This document shows, piece by piece, positions 1 through 11,812 of a DNA stretch of 64,000 nt (the stretch's first letter is position 1; every line of letters starts with the position of its first letter). Source of the stretch: Deinococcus sp. (GTDB taxonomy: Bacteria > Deinococcota > Deinococci > Deinococcales > Deinococcaceae); the NCBI GenBank assembly GCA_965261005.1, contig OZ253375.1, positions 864,001 to 928,000 of the forward strand, given 5' to 3'. The notes beneath the pieces are model-generated. The model searched no databases and had not been told where the DNA came from. It saw only the letters and a program-made list of their open reading frames with translations. Both the position numbers and the translations under genes were made by a program.

Positions 1-272
1 TGGCGCGTGGGCAGGGCGCGAACGGCCTCGCGGTGGTGGGCGTCGTGTATCAGGACAAGCCCGGCGACGCGAAGAGGTTCCGCGACCAGTACGGCCTGAC
101 CTTTCCCAGCCTGCTCGACCCCAAGCTGAACACCGCCATCGACTACGGCGTGGGCGCCGTGCCCGAGAGCTTCTTCATCGACAAAAACGGCGTCGTTCAG
201 AAACACCTGCGCCAAGAGCTGACCCGCGAGACGCTGGCGAGCGAGCTGGGGAGCATCGGGGTGAAGGAGTGA
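1..272 (+). CDS. ccmG: TlpA/CcmG-like thiol-disulfide oxidoreductase of cytochrome c maturation (5' truncated by window edge)
   Basis: C-terminal thioredoxin-like motif [16 protein letters not shown]; directly upstream of ccmH with GTGA overlap. Confidence 0.75.
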   Translation, partial: ARGQGANGLAVVGVVYQDKPGDAKRFRDQYGLTFPSLLDPKLNTAIDYGVGAVPESFFIDKNGVVQKHLRQELTRETLASELGSIGVKE

Positions 273-709
273 AGCGCCTCGCCTTGTTGCTCACCCTACT
301 GCTCTCATTTTCTTTCGCCCTCACGCCCGCGCAGGAGGCGCGCGTGCAGCGCCTGGGCGACGGGCTGCGCTGCCCGGTGTGCCGGGGGCTGCCCATCACC
401 GAGAGTCCCAACCAGATTTCGGCCCAGATGCTCTCTCAGGTGCGCGATCAGGTGGCGGCCGGGCGCAGCGATAGTCAGATTCACGACTACTTCGCGGCGC
501 GCTTCGGTGGGAGCGTGCTGCTCGACCCGCCCAAAAGCGGGCTGAACCTCGCCCTGTGGGCGCTCCCGGCCGCCGCGCTCTTGGGCGGCGCGTGGCTGCT
601 GGCCCGCTATCTGAAGGGCGCCGGGAGCCAGCCGGAGCAAAGCGACCCCGAGCTGCTCTCCAGGGTGCGGCGCGACCTCGAAAGCGGCACACGGGAGGCC
701 CGCGAGTGA
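269..709 (+). CDS. ccmH: Cytochrome c-type biogenesis protein CcmH
   Basis: Signal peptide, LRCPVC motif, C-terminal TM helix (LWALP). Confidence 0.9.
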   Translation: MKRLALLLTLLLSFSFALTPAQEARVQRLGDGLRCPVCRGLPITESPNQISAQMLSQVRDQVAAGRSDSQIHDYFAARFGGSVLLDPPKSGLNLALWALPAAALLGGAWLLARYLKGAGSQPEQSDPELLSRVRRDLESGTREARE

Positions 710-1818
710 TCCTGACGCTGGGCCTGTTCGCCCTCTTGCTGCTGCTCGGTCTGGCCGCCATGCTGGCCCCCCTGCGCCGGTCTGCCCCGCCCGCCGCCCA
801 GGACGGCGCACGCGAAACCTTACAGGAGGACTACGACGCCTCCCTGGCCGCCCTGCGCGAGTTGCAGGGGGCGCGCGAGCGCGGCGAGGTGGAGGCGGGG
901 ACGGCGGGGCGCGAGGCGCTGCGGCTCCAGAACCGGGCCGCGCGCAGCTTGGCCGCCCTGGATGAATTGCCCCCCGCCCCGCCGGCGAGGGCGCGCTCTC
1001 CCCTGCTGCCCGCCGTTCTCGGGCTGAGCGCGCTGGCCGCCGCGCTGGTTATGGGCGCCTACACTGTTCTGCCGAGGTGGCAGCTGGCCGGTCTGCCGGC
1101 GGGGGACGTGTTCGCCCTGCAAAGCGCCGTCAAGCTGCCCGCCTTGGCGAGACGGGCGGCGCAAAGCGGCGGGGTGCGAGACGAGCTGGCGCTGGGCCGC
1201 GCCGCCTTTGACGCGGGGCGCTACGGGCAGGCGGCGGACGCCTACACGGCCGTGCTGAAGCAGGACCAGCGTCAGCCCGAGGCGCTGCGGCGGGTGGGCA
1301 TCCTGCTGCTGCAACAGGTGCAGGGCGGCCAAGAGGCAAGCGGCCTAAACACAAGCGGTCAGGTCGAGCGCGCCCGGCAAGCCTACGCCCTGATTGACAC
1401 CGCCGCCAAGCTGGCCCCACAGAGTGCCGAGGGGCAGCTCTTTTTGGGCTTCGCCCTGTCGCGCTTTGGGAATTCTGCTGGCGCCGTGCAGGCTTTGGAG
1501 CGCTATCAGAAGCTCAACCCGTCCGGCCGCGACGCCGACGAATTGCTGGCCACCCTGCGCGCCCAGCAGGGCAGCGGCGATCCCGGCCTGGCCGCCTACC
1601 TGCGCCTCAACTGCGCCTCGTGCCACGGGGAAGCGGGCGCGGGCGGCGTGGGACCGAGCTTGAGAAACAGCCGCCTGAGCCGCGAGGCCATGCGCGGCGT
1701 CATTCGGAACGGCGCGGCGGGTATGCCGGCGTACGGGCCGGACCGTCTACCAGAGGGCGAGCTGAACGCCCTGCTGGACTTGCTCGGGAAGTGGGCGACG
1801 GGCAATGGAACGCAGTAA
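706..1818 (+). CDS. CcmI-like membrane/TPR protein fused to a C-terminal c-type cytochrome domain
   Basis: GTG at 706 overlaps ccmH stop; two TM segments, TPR-like helices, CASCH heme motif and a later GMP (axial Met). Confidence 0.75.
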   Translation: MILTLGLFALLLLLGLAAMLAPLRRSAPPAAQDGARETLQEDYDASLAALRELQGARERGEVEAGTAGREALRLQNRAARSLAALDELPPAPPARARSPLLPAVLGLSALAAALVMGAYTVLPRWQLAGLPAGDVFALQSAVKLPALARRAAQSGGVRDELALGRAAFDAGRYGQAADAYTAVLKQDQRQPEALRRVGILLLQQVQGGQEASGLNTSGQVERARQAYALIDTAAKLAPQSAEGQLFLGFALSRFGNSAGAVQALERYQKLNPSGRDADELLATLRAQQGSGDPGLAAYLRLNCASCHGEAGAGGVGPSLRNSRLSREAMRGVIRNGAAGMPAYGPDRLPEGELNALLDLLGKWATGNGTQ

Positions 1819-2365
1819 GGGCCTCAGCCGGCGCAAGCTGCTGGAATACTGGTGGGTCTTGCCGGTCGGGGCCACCCTTGGGACGCTGGGCGCCATGTTC
1901 GGCTACGCCGGGCGCGTCCTGGTGGGCAAGCGGCGGGCGGGGGCGCCAAACTACAAGGCGGGGCCACGCGTGCGGGTCGCCGCCCTGTCGGCCCTGCCAG
2001 CGGCCTACGACACCGCCGAGTTCAGCTATTCGGGCACGCCCTGCATCGCCGTGCGCCTGCCGCGTGAGACTCCATACGCCCTCACGGTTCAGGACGCCCA
2101 CTACATGGCCTTTTCTCGGGTCTGCACCCATTTGGGCTGCACCGTCAACCCGCTGCGCGACCCTGACGTGGCCGCCCTCACCTTCAACTACCGCCCCGAC
2201 CACCCGGTGCTGGGCTGCCCCTGCCACTTCAGCGTGTTCGATCCCCTGAAAGAGGGCGAGAGCGTGTTCGGCAAGGCGCTGTACCCGCTGCCGAGGGTGC
2301 GGCTGACGGCGGCGGGCGATAGCTTGTACGCTACCGGCATCGAGCCGCCGCCGAACGCAGGGTGA
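1805..2365 (+). CDS. Rieske 2Fe-2S protein with Tat-like signal
   Basis: SRRKLL twin-arginine motif; CTHLGC and CPCH boxes. Confidence 0.9.
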   Translation: MERSKGLSRRKLLEYWWVLPVGATLGTLGAMFGYAGRVLVGKRRAGAPNYKAGPRVRVAALSALPAAYDTAEFSYSGTPCIAVRLPRETPYALTVQDAHYMAFSRVCTHLGCTVNPLRDPDVAALTFNYRPDHPVLGCPCHFSVFDPLKEGESVFGKALYPLPRVRLTAAGDSLYATGIEPPPNAG

Positions 2366-2374
2366 GGAAAGGGA

Positions 2375-4882
2375 TTATGGGCGCGGCCCCATGAAGCGGT
2401 CGCCGTTGAAGTGAATGAGGTGTTTGGGATCGCTGGCAATCCAGACCTCCGTTTCCCAGGCAATTACCCCCACGTACTTCTGAAAATGCTTGCGATCTGG
2501 AAAGGCAGTGACATACACGATTCCAGCGGTGCAGTGAGCAAAGGCTTGGCGTATGGCGTCCAAACGGGTTTTATCGAAAGGGCCGTGACTGCTCACCGCC
2601 TCAATGAGGTACAGCCAGTTCTTATCCGAGCGGTACACCGCCACATCGGGAATCTTGCCGTGTTCGTTCAACTCGACGCCCAGAGTCTTCAGGCGGTCCT
2701 TCTTGAAGACGCCGTATTTCACCGCGTTCTTGTCGGCAGTATCGCCCACGTAGATGAGTTCAGCTTCCGGCGCGAACTCAGGGCAGAAGTCGTACAGAAT
2801 GGCCTTGACCAACGGATTCTGCCCGCCAGGGGACAAGGTGAATTCATCTCCGCCGTAGGTCACGGTGATGACGTGTTCGGCGCGCACGGCCGCCTGAATC
2901 GCTTCACGCCGAGGTGCCGCGCCGCGATAATCCTTCAGCAGACGCTCGAATGCCGAAGTGCCGTAGGCACGGACCAGCCTTAAGAAGTCATCGTGGACCC
3001 GGTACACGGTCTTCTGGCTGTTTGTAGGGCGGGGGGGGTCGTCCGGATTGATTTCAGCGAGCGTTCCGGCAACCCAGTGGTGCAGGGTGTCCTTACGAAA
3101 GCTTTCGCGGCTGTTGGGCTGATACTGCTTGCCGTACCGCTCGGCGCAAAAGGTCATGATCGGCGTGACGCCGCGCAGTGGCTGCTTCGCCTCAGACCAG
3201 GGTTCGTCCGGTCCTAAGTCCAGCAAGGCCAGCAACGTGAGCGCCGAGCGGTCGTTCTGGGCGCTTTTGGGCAGTTCAAAGCGGCTCAGCAGGTTCTTGG
3301 CCTCCTGAACGCGCTGCTGGATGTCGAGGGATGCAGTCATGCCAAACACCTCAACCTGGACCAAAGCGTCCAGGTCCTCTTGAGCGGGAAGGGGAAGGGA
3401 AAGACGGGCGCCCAAACGCTCCAGGGTGGACCGCAAGGGAAAACGCATTGTCTTGAGGTCCGTGGCGTTCACCTGAGTATGACCGCTGAACTGCCGAAAA
3501 GCCACATCGAAGACGGTGGAATTCAAATACGCACACAGGCCCAAAGCGAACGTCCGGGGCAAACCGGAACCGTCTTGGTGAATGTAGTTCAAGTGGTTCT
3601 CGAAGCCAACTGGACCGGGCTGGGCGTATTCAGGCTCATAGACGCTCGCGGACACCCGTCGCACCTCTTCCTTGGCGGAAAAGCGCTTCACCAAGACGTA
3701 AACACCCTCGGGCACCAGCAGACTGCTCGCCTCAGTATTGTTTTGGATCACATTGGGCTTGCCGATGAGCGGCGTGGGCCAACGCACCCGGCCGTCACGC
3801 AGGTGACCTGGATAGATCAGGGGCTGCCCCTGACCAGTCTCGGAGGTGCCGATCAAGTGTAAGGCCCGGAAGTCCACCACACGGCCCGTCGAGGCTTTCA
3901 AGCCCAGGTCGGCCAGGGTGGCGGGCAGCGCCTCAACCCGACGCGCGAGGCGCGCGGCATGCTCATCTACGTCCACGCGGATGAATGACTCAGAATCGCC
4001 AGGGCGCACCAAGTCAAGGTGGGCCACCTCGCGTACCTCCGGTTGCTCATCTGGATCAAAGCCCAAGCTGTACGAGACCAGCACCAACCCATCCTTCGGC
4101 CAGCCCTTGGTAGCATGAAAAATCACCGTCTCCTGCAAGACTGTGTTTTCCCTAAAGGTCTCCTTGCGCGAATTTATCAGGTGAACGCGCCGGAAGGTCA
4201 TGTGACGCAGAAAGCGCTGGCGAAAATTGCGGTAGTACGCTCCGTTAAAAAAGCTTCTCGGCGTAATAGCAACCAGTTCGCCGCCTGGAACCAACAGTCG
4301 CACCGCCAAGTCAAGAAAGGCGGTGTAAAGGTTATTGGTGTCCAGACCGCGCGCAGCCAGAGCTAGCCCCTCAGCAACGCGACCGCCTAGTTTGTGATAG
4401 GGCGGGTTCAGAATGGCGTGCGTAAACTGTGGCGCCACGGTCGAGAATGGACCTCGCTCGCCGATGCGGTCAGCGGCCATCAGGAAGTCGGTGTGATGCA
4501 GTTCGGCTTGAAACGGTACGTCTAACTGGGCTGCGGTCTGACGGATCAATTCCAGGGTTTGACTGAGACTATCAATCATCAGCCGATCAATCTCGAAGAC
4601 GCTGCACTGAAGGCTTGAGGGACGCCGAGCCTGTTCTAGAAAGTGCAGTGCGGCGGCGGCCGTTAGAGATCCTACCCCCGCCCCAGCATCCAACAGCCGG
4701 ACAGGGCCGACAGGGGCTGGAAAAAGGTCGGCCATAAAGCGCGCAACCGGAAGCGGGGTTGTGAACTGTCCCAGCGCCATCTGGGTACGCCGATTTAAAC
4801 GTCCGTTGACGATAACCCGCAGACGCTCTATGTCCTCAAGCACCAAGTGCGGAGTCAGATCAGGTGCAAAAAGGCTGGTCAT
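2375..4882 (-). CDS. Fused type II restriction-modification protein: N6-adenine DNA methyltransferase + BsuBI/PstI-family restriction endonuclease
   Basis: GQFTTP, LDAGAGVG (motif I), NPPY (motif IV) in N-terminal ~514 aa; C-terminal ~321 aa with YQPNSRESFR, LSPGGQNPL, HGKIPDV, LIEAVSSHGP, IAWETEVW, HLIHFNGDRF typical of BsuBI/PstI endonucleases; visibly lower GC than flanks. Confidence 0.88.
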   Translation of the reverse strand: MTSLFAPDLTPHLVLEDIERLRVIVNGRLNRRTQMALGQFTTPLPVARFMADLFPAPVGPVRLLDAGAGVGSLTAAAALHFLEQARRPSSLQCSVFEIDRLMIDSLSQTLELIRQTAAQLDVPFQAELHHTDFLMAADRIGERGPFSTVAPQFTHAILNPPYHKLGGRVAEGLALAARGLDTNNLYTAFLDLAVRLLVPGGELVAITPRSFFNGAYYRNFRQRFLRHMTFRRVHLINSRKETFRENTVLQETVIFHATKGWPKDGLVLVSYSLGFDPDEQPEVREVAHLDLVRPGDSESFIRVDVDEHAARLARRVEALPATLADLGLKASTGRVVDFRALHLIGTSETGQGQPLIYPGHLRDGRVRWPTPLIGKPNVIQNNTEASSLLVPEGVYVLVKRFSAKEEVRRVSASVYEPEYAQPGPVGFENHLNYIHQDGSGLPRTFALGLCAYLNSTVFDVAFRQFSGHTQVNATDLKTMRFPLRSTLERLGARLSLPLPAQEDLDALVQVEVFGMTASLDIQQRVQEAKNLLSRFELPKSAQNDRSALTLLALLDLGPDEPWSEAKQPLRGVTPIMTFCAERYGKQYQPNSRESFRKDTLHHWVAGTLAEINPDDPPRPTNSQKTVYRVHDDFLRLVRAYGTSAFERLLKDYRGAAPRREAIQAAVRAEHVITVTYGGDEFTLSPGGQNPLVKAILYDFCPEFAPEAELIYVGDTADKNAVKYGVFKKDRLKTLGVELNEHGKIPDVAVYRSDKNWLYLIEAVSSHGPFDKTRLDAIRQAFAHCTAGIVYVTAFPDRKHFQKYVGVIAWETEVWIASDPKHLIHFNGDRFMGPRP

Positions 4883-4967
4883 GAATTCTCAGCACTATGA
4901 AGCGTTGATGTTCAGATTTCCACCGTGCCAATTCCTAACGCCCGTTTGGTATAGACTTCACGGCTGT

Positions 4968-6008
4968 ATGCGCGCCCTTCTCAAAGAAGCCCAGCCGGGG
5001 GCGGTTCTGACCGAAGCCCCCATTCCTGAACCTGGTCCCGGCGAGGTGCTGGTCCGGGTGATGGCGGCCTCCATCTGCGGCACCGATTTGCACCTCTACA
5101 ACTGGGACGCTTGGGCGCAGAGCCGCTTCCGGGCGCCCATGATCTTCGGGCACGAGATGAGCGGCGAGGTGGTGGCGCTGGGGCAAAGCGTCAACCCGGC
5201 CCTGGTGGCGGTCGGCGACCACGTCAGCGCCGAGACGCACCTGGCCTGCAACCACTGCTACCAATGTCGCACCGGCCGCCAGCACATCTGCCAGAACTTG
5301 CGCATCCTGGGTGTGGACGCCCCCGGCATCTTCGCCGAGTACGCCGTGATCCCGGCGGAGAACGTGTGGGTGAACGACCCCGACATGCCGTGGGAGATCG
5401 CCTCCTTACAAGAGCCGTTCGGCAACGCCGTGCAGACCGTGATGGCCGGCCCAGGCGTCGCCAGCCGCACGGTTCTGGTCACCGGCTGCGGCCCCATCGG
5501 CTTGATGGCGATTGCGGCGGCGCGGGCGAACGGGGCCAGCCTGATCGTCGCCAGCGACCCGGCCGAGAAGCGCCTGGCGAAAGCGCGCGAGTTGGGCGCC
5601 GACCTGGCCCTCAATCCGGCGGAGCAGGACGTGGTGCGCCTGACCAGGGACGCCACCAGGGGCAACGGCGTGGACAGCCTGCTGGAGTTCAGCGGCAACG
5701 CGGGCGCCATCCGGCAGGGGTTTGCGGCGCTGACCTACGGCGGGCACGCCTCGCTGCTGGGGTTGCCCAGCGGCCAGGTCGAGTTCGACCTCGCCAACGA
5801 CATCATCTTCAAGGCCGCCACCGTCGCGGGCATCTCCGGGCGCAAGATGTTCGAGACGTGGTATCAGGTGCGCGAGCTGATCGTGAGCGGCAAGGTGGAC
5901 TTGCGGCCCGTGATCAGCCATATCGTCCCCCTGACCCGCTTCGAGGAGGTCTTCGAGGCGGCGCGCGGGGGCGAGGCCATCAAGCCGGTGCTGCTGCCAG
6001 CTGGTTAA
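4968..6008 (+). CDS. tdh: L-threonine 3-dehydrogenase
   Basis: CGTDLHLYNWDAW, GHE, CxxCxxC zinc sites, GCGPIG, GRKMFETWY; ATG at 4968 preferred over ORF-track start. Confidence 0.92.
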   Translation: MRALLKEAQPGAVLTEAPIPEPGPGEVLVRVMAASICGTDLHLYNWDAWAQSRFRAPMIFGHEMSGEVVALGQSVNPALVAVGDHVSAETHLACNHCYQCRTGRQHICQNLRILGVDAPGIFAEYAVIPAENVWVNDPDMPWEIASLQEPFGNAVQTVMAGPGVASRTVLVTGCGPIGLMAIAAARANGASLIVASDPAEKRLAKARELGADLALNPAEQDVVRLTRDATRGNGVDSLLEFSGNAGAIRQGFAALTYGGHASLLGLPSGQVEFDLANDIIFKAATVAGISGRKMFETWYQVRELIVSGKVDLRPVISHIVPLTRFEEVFEAARGGEAIKPVLLPAG

Positions 6009-6132
6009 AGGCGGCCTTCAAGCGGGATGAACGCCCCGTGTTCTCCGGGCCGGGAAGGGTCTTAGCGCCCCTCCATGAAGGTCGCTAAGCATAAAAAAAG
6101 GACGCGGACGCGCCCGATCAGGAGGGACCTTT

Positions 6133-6630
6133 ATGGCGATGCAAATGCAAGACCTTCAAGACCTGTTCGTTCACAAGCTGCAAGACCTCTACGACGCCGA
6201 GCAGCAGGGATTGAAGGCCATGCCGCAGATGGCCGACAAGATTCAGACGCCCGAGCTGAAGCAGACCTTTCAGCAGCACGCGCAAGAGTCCCAGCAGCAG
6301 GTTCGGCGTCTAGAGCAGATCATGCAACAGCTCGGCGTGCAGCCCGGCGGCGTGACCTGCGAGGGCATGAAGGGGCTAATTCAGGAGGGGCAGAAGCTGC
6401 TGAAGCAGAACGCCTCGCCCGAGGTGCTGGAGGCGGGCTTGATCGCCGCGCAGCAGGCCATCGAGCACTATGAGATCGCGGGCTACGGCACCGCCCGGAC
6501 CTACGCCAAGCTGCTCAAGAACGACCAGGCTGAGCAACTGCTGGGCCAGACCGAGCAGGAAGAGGAGCAGGCCGACCAAAAGCTGACCCAGGTCGCTCAG
6601 GACATCAACGTTCAGGCGATGCAGGGCTAA
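6133..6630 (+). CDS. YciE/YciF (DUF892) ferritin-like stress protein
   Basis: LQDLYDAEQQ, CEGMKGLI, EHYEIAGYGT; SD AGGAGG upstream. Confidence 0.9.
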   Translation: MAMQMQDLQDLFVHKLQDLYDAEQQGLKAMPQMADKIQTPELKQTFQQHAQESQQQVRRLEQIMQQLGVQPGGVTCEGMKGLIQEGQKLLKQNASPEVLEAGLIAAQQAIEHYEIAGYGTARTYAKLLKNDQAEQLLGQTEQEEEQADQKLTQVAQDINVQAMQG

Positions 6631-6644
6631 GTTTCTTTGCCGTG

Positions 6645-6680
6645 AAGGGGACGCCCGCAGGCGCCCCCTTTTATTTTTTC
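6645..6680. terminator. Intrinsic terminator between convergent genes
   Basis: aaggggacgcc-cgca-ggcgccccctt hairpin followed by a T-run. Confidence 0.65.
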
Positions 6681-7552
6681 GCGAACAAGTCCAGCATGGG
6701 CGTCGCCTTTCCCGCCTCCCGCAACGGCGGCAGACTCCAGGCGTCCTCGAAGGTCCGCAGTAAGCTGTAGTGGTTATAAGGCTGGTCCGACCTCACGCCG
6801 CGCGGCCCTTCCCTGGTCACGACGACGGTCGGCACCACGCCCCCGCCGCCGCGCGTGTCGCCCCCCTCGGCCTCGTCGAAGGTGATCACGATGGCGGCGT
6901 TGCCGCTCCAGGCGGGCGAGGCCAGGATGGCGTTCACCGTTTTTTTGACGAGGTCATCGCCGGCGCGCTCCAGCGCGGCCCCGCGCGGGCAGCCCAGGCC
7001 GCCGTGCAGGTCGTGGCACACGTCCGGCACGATCAACGCGAAGTCGGGCGCCCGACCCGATTTGAGGTCGCCGAAGAGCTGCTCAATCGGCACCACGTTT
7101 GCGGCGCGCTTGGAGTCCAAGGCGACGCTCGAAAACAGCATGAAGGGATTGTGTTTCTTGCCGTATGGCCCGGCGTAAGGGCCATCCCAGCCAACTTTGG
7201 GCAGACCCTGGAAGTACCCTTTCCAACGTTTGCCGGCGCCCTCCAGTTGCAGCGCCAAGTTGTCGCCCGTGAAGCGCTGCGCCGGGTTGTCGCTACGGCT
7301 GCCGAAGGTCGAGCCGGCAATCAGGGCGACGTAGTTGGGCAAGCTGGGATGCGCCACGCCGCTGTAGTTTGTTGCGAGGCCGTACCGCTTTGCCAGGGCG
7401 TTCAGAGTGGGCAAATTGGGGTTGCCGACCACGCGCTTCAGGCCGTGGTTCTCCAGCACGATCACGAAGACGTGCGAAAAGGGCCGCACGTCCTGGGCGA
7501 AGGCCGCAGAACCGCACAACGCCGCCCCCAGCCACAGGCTGCTAAATCGGAT
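6671..7552 (-). CDS. Secreted phosphoesterase / acid phosphatase (alkaline phosphatase superfamily)
   Basis: HVFVIVLENH, HPSLPNY, KHNPF, DLH, ITFDE, YNHYSLLRTFED; start uncertain (TTG at 7519 or ATC at 7552, see findings). Confidence 0.85.
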   Translation of the reverse strand: MRFSSLWLGAALCGSAAFAQDVRPFSHVFVIVLENHGLKRVVGNPNLPTLNALAKRYGLATNYSGVAHPSLPNYVALIAGSTFGSRSDNPAQRFTGDNLALQLEGAGKRWKGYFQGLPKVGWDGPYAGPYGKKHNPFMLFSSVALDSKRAANVVPIEQLFGDLKSGRAPDFALIVPDVCHDLHGGLGCPRGAALERAGDDLVKKTVNAILASPAWSGNAAIVITFDEAEGGDTRGGGGVVPTVVVTREGPRGVRSDQPYNHYSLLRTFEDAWSLPPLREAGKATPMLDLFAKK

Positions 7553-8018
7553 AGTACGTCCTCGCCTTGCCGCCCAGAAAGTCCCGCGTCGGAATCCAGA
7601 TCAGCGGGTGGCGCTCCTCCACCTCGGGTGGGGGGCCGTAGCGGACCAGGTTCATCACCTCGTCAAAGGGAACCCACTGGGTGCCCAGCACCTCGGGGTC
7701 GGTGGGCGCGATCTCGCCGCCGAAGTGCAGCGCCCGGAAGCGCGCGAAGGTCGCGTAGCTGTGGTGCTTGCTGCCCGACAGAATCTCGCCCTCCAGAAGG
7801 CTCACGAACTCCAGATCGGTCACGTCCAGGCCGGTCTCCACCTTGACTTGGCGCATGGCGGCCCCCGACAGCGACTCGCCGCCGTAAGCCTTGCCGCCGG
7901 GCAGACCCCAAAAGATGCTGCCGTCGTCCATGCGCTCGGTGACCAGCAAAAGTTTGTCGTCCTGAACGAGATAAACGTGTGCGGCCCGCTTGATGGGCAC
8001 GACGCGGGAAAGGTTCAT
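7542..8018 (-). CDS. NUDIX hydrolase
   Basis: WGLPGG..GESLSGAAMRQVKVETGL, a Nudix box with substitutions at the usual REUXEE glutamates. Confidence 0.8.
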   Translation of the reverse strand: MNLSRVVPIKRAAHVYLVQDDKLLLVTERMDDGSIFWGLPGGKAYGGESLSGAAMRQVKVETGLDVTDLEFVSLLEGEILSGSKHHSYATFARFRALHFGGEIAPTDPEVLGTQWVPFDEVMNLVRYGPPPEVEERHPLIWIPTRDFLGGKARTYYPI

Positions 8019-8171
8019 GTGGCGTTATCTTAGTGCCTCCAGATGTGGGCCGCTCCAAACGCCTAGGGCGGCCCCACCGGACTCCGGCCATGAGCTTTTC
8101 CTCCGAAAAACCTTAAGAATCCAAACCGGGCAGGTCAGCGTACCGTCAGTCCTCGGGAACACACTGGGCGC

Positions 8172-9080
<909 letters not shown>

Positions 9081-9084
9081 TTAA

Positions 9085-9129
9085 ACCCGCCTCCCCAACC
9101 CCTCCCCCGCAAGGGGGGAGGGGCTTTTT

Positions 9130-9130
<1 letters not shown>
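9085..9130. repeat. Solo copy of palindromic GCAA-loop repeat (family flanking the DUF559 gene), probably also acting as terminator
   Basis: cccgcctccccaacccctccccc-gcaa-ggggggaggggc-tttttt closely matches 28040-28076. Confidence 0.8.
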
Positions 9131-9983
<853 letters not shown>

Positions 9984-9987
<4 letters not shown>

Positions 9988-10856
9988 GCGGTCTCCTTGC
10001 GGTAGCGGAGGATGGTATGGGCAACCTCGAAGCCCACCCGTTCGTAAAAGCTCAGGGCGTCGTGCGCGTTCTGCACGTCCACGCCCAGGCGCACCTCGCG
10101 GGCGCCGCGCTGGCGCAGTTGGTGCGCGGCGCGCGTAAGCATCGAGCGGCCGTAGCCGCGCTTCTGAAACTCTGGCGAGGTGCCCAGCATATGAACCCAG
10201 CCCACCCCGTCTTCCAAGCTGACGTGCGCGTAGGCCACGGCCTCGCCGTTCACGAACAGCCCCTCGTAGTCGCGCGCGTCAAAGTCCGGCGCGGCGTACC
10301 AGTGGGCGACCGACTCCTGAAGGGCCGGCGAGAAGCCGAAGTGGTCGTGAAAGGCGGCGTTGTGCAGCGCGCGGAACGGCTCGGCGTCCAGCAATTCAAA
10401 AGAGCTGTCTTCGGGTAAAACGGGCGCCTCTAACTTTCCAAGCGCTTCCGCGCCCAGGATCATGCGCACAAAGCGCCGCACGACGGCGAACCCCAACTCT
10501 TCAAGCATGGCCCGCTCGCGCGCCAGCAGCTCGGGCAGGCCGCAGTCGGCGGGCAGCTTCAGGTCACGTGCCAGCTCTACGCCGTACAAAAGCAACTCTT
10601 TTTCGTATTCCGCGTTTAGGCTCGGCACAAAGGGATAGCCCAGAACCATGTCGGTGCTCGACGTGTTGGCATAAGCCCACAAGACGTTCTCGCCGTCCCA
10701 GAAGTAGCGCTCGTCGGGGCCGGTCAGCTCGTGGGCGAGTTCCGAAACAACCACCGGCGCCGGGGCCGGCCAGTGGGTCCGGGCGGCGTTCATGATGGCG
10801 GCGAGCTGGAGCGCGTCCTCGGGCGTGGCGCGGCGCCGGGCTGTCGAGGTCTTCAC
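9984..10856 (-). CDS. GNAT family N-acetyltransferase
   Basis: GTG at 10856 overlaps ATPase stop; LGTSPEFQKRGYGR acetyl-CoA motif, ALSFYERVGF. Confidence 0.85.
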
Positions 10857-11695
10857 TTCTCCTCCTTTTCCTTGTGCAGCTCCTCGCCGGCCAGCTGCAA
10901 AAAGGCGTCCTCCAAGGTGGCGCCGGGGCCGACTTGGTCGCGCAGCTCGCGCGCGGTGCCCTCGGCCACGAACTTGCCGCCCTCGATAAAGGCGATGCGG
11001 TCGCACAGCCGCTCGGCCTCGGGCATGTCGTGGGTGGTCAGGATAATGGTGGCGTCGTGGACGTCACGCAGCTCCAGCACGAACTCCTGCACGTCGCGTC
11101 GGCTCTTGGGGTCGAGGCCGGTGGTCGGCTCGTCCAGCAGCACGATGATGGGCGCCGTCAAAAAGGCGCGGGCGATGGCGACCTTTTGCTGCATGCCGCG
11201 CGACATCTCCTCTAACGGCTCGTAAAAAGCTTTTTCACGCAGGCCCAGCCGCCTCAGAATAGCGAGCGAGCGAGCCTCGGCCTCTCCCGGGTCGAGGCCG
11301 TACAGCCGGGCCGAATACAGCAAATTCTCGCGCGGGGACAGCTTCTTGTAAAAGGCGGCGTCCACCGAGACGCGGTTGAGCATACGCCGCAGCTTGGCCT
11401 CGTCCTTGCGGAGGTCCAGGCCGAACATTCTCACCTCGCCGCTGTCGGGAATCAGCAGGGTGGAGATGGCGCGGATCAGGGTGCTCTTGCCGCTGCCGTT
11501 GGGGCCGAGGACGCCGTAAATCTCGCCGCGCCGCACCTCAAAGCTGACGTGCTGCACGGCGGGCACCCGCGTGACCTTGGGCCGCAGCAAGCTGCCGCCC
11601 GCCCGCTTGGCAAAGCTCATGTTGAGGTCCTTCACCGAGATGGCGAGCTGGTTGGGGTCGTAGGCGACGGCGGGCTGTGGGGCGGCGAGGGTCAT
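10853..11695 (-). CDS. ABC transporter ATP-binding protein
   Basis: GPNGSGKST, MSRGMQQK, LLDEPTTGLDP, TTH; SD AAGGAG. Confidence 0.93.
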   Translation of the reverse strand: MTLAAPQPAVAYDPNQLAISVKDLNMSFAKRAGGSLLRPKVTRVPAVQHVSFEVRRGEIYGVLGPNGSGKSTLIRAISTLLIPDSGEVRMFGLDLRKDEAKLRRMLNRVSVDAAFYKKLSPRENLLYSARLYGLDPGEAEARSLAILRRLGLREKAFYEPLEEMSRGMQQKVAIARAFLTAPIIVLLDEPTTGLDPKSRRDVQEFVLELRDVHDATIILTTHDMPEAERLCDRIAFIEGGKFVAEGTARELRDQVGPGATLEDAFLQLAGEELHKEKEEK

Positions 11696-11718
11696 GCAGG
11701 CTCCTTCAAAAGCGTGAC

Positions 11719-11812
11719 AAAAGAAATCCCCGGCGGCGGGCCGGGGACGCGGGCGAACAGCTCAGCGCGGCGCGGGTTCCGGCAGATCGTCTGGGAGGGT
11801 CTTGTGCTTCAT
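11719..11812 (-). promoter_or_regulatory. Candidate leader peptide (MKHKTLPDDLPEPAPR, 11812-11762) plus intrinsic terminator (11747-11719) upstream of ABC operon
   Basis: Short ORF preceded by gaaagg and TAAGCT; followed by tccccgg-loop-ccgggga and tttctttt. Confidence 0.55.

Noticed and set aside
6770..7846. Long antisense or alternative-frame ORFs throughout the window (this one as example)
   Set aside because: Expected shadow ORFs in high-GC DNA; no motifs, and they overlap well-supported genes.
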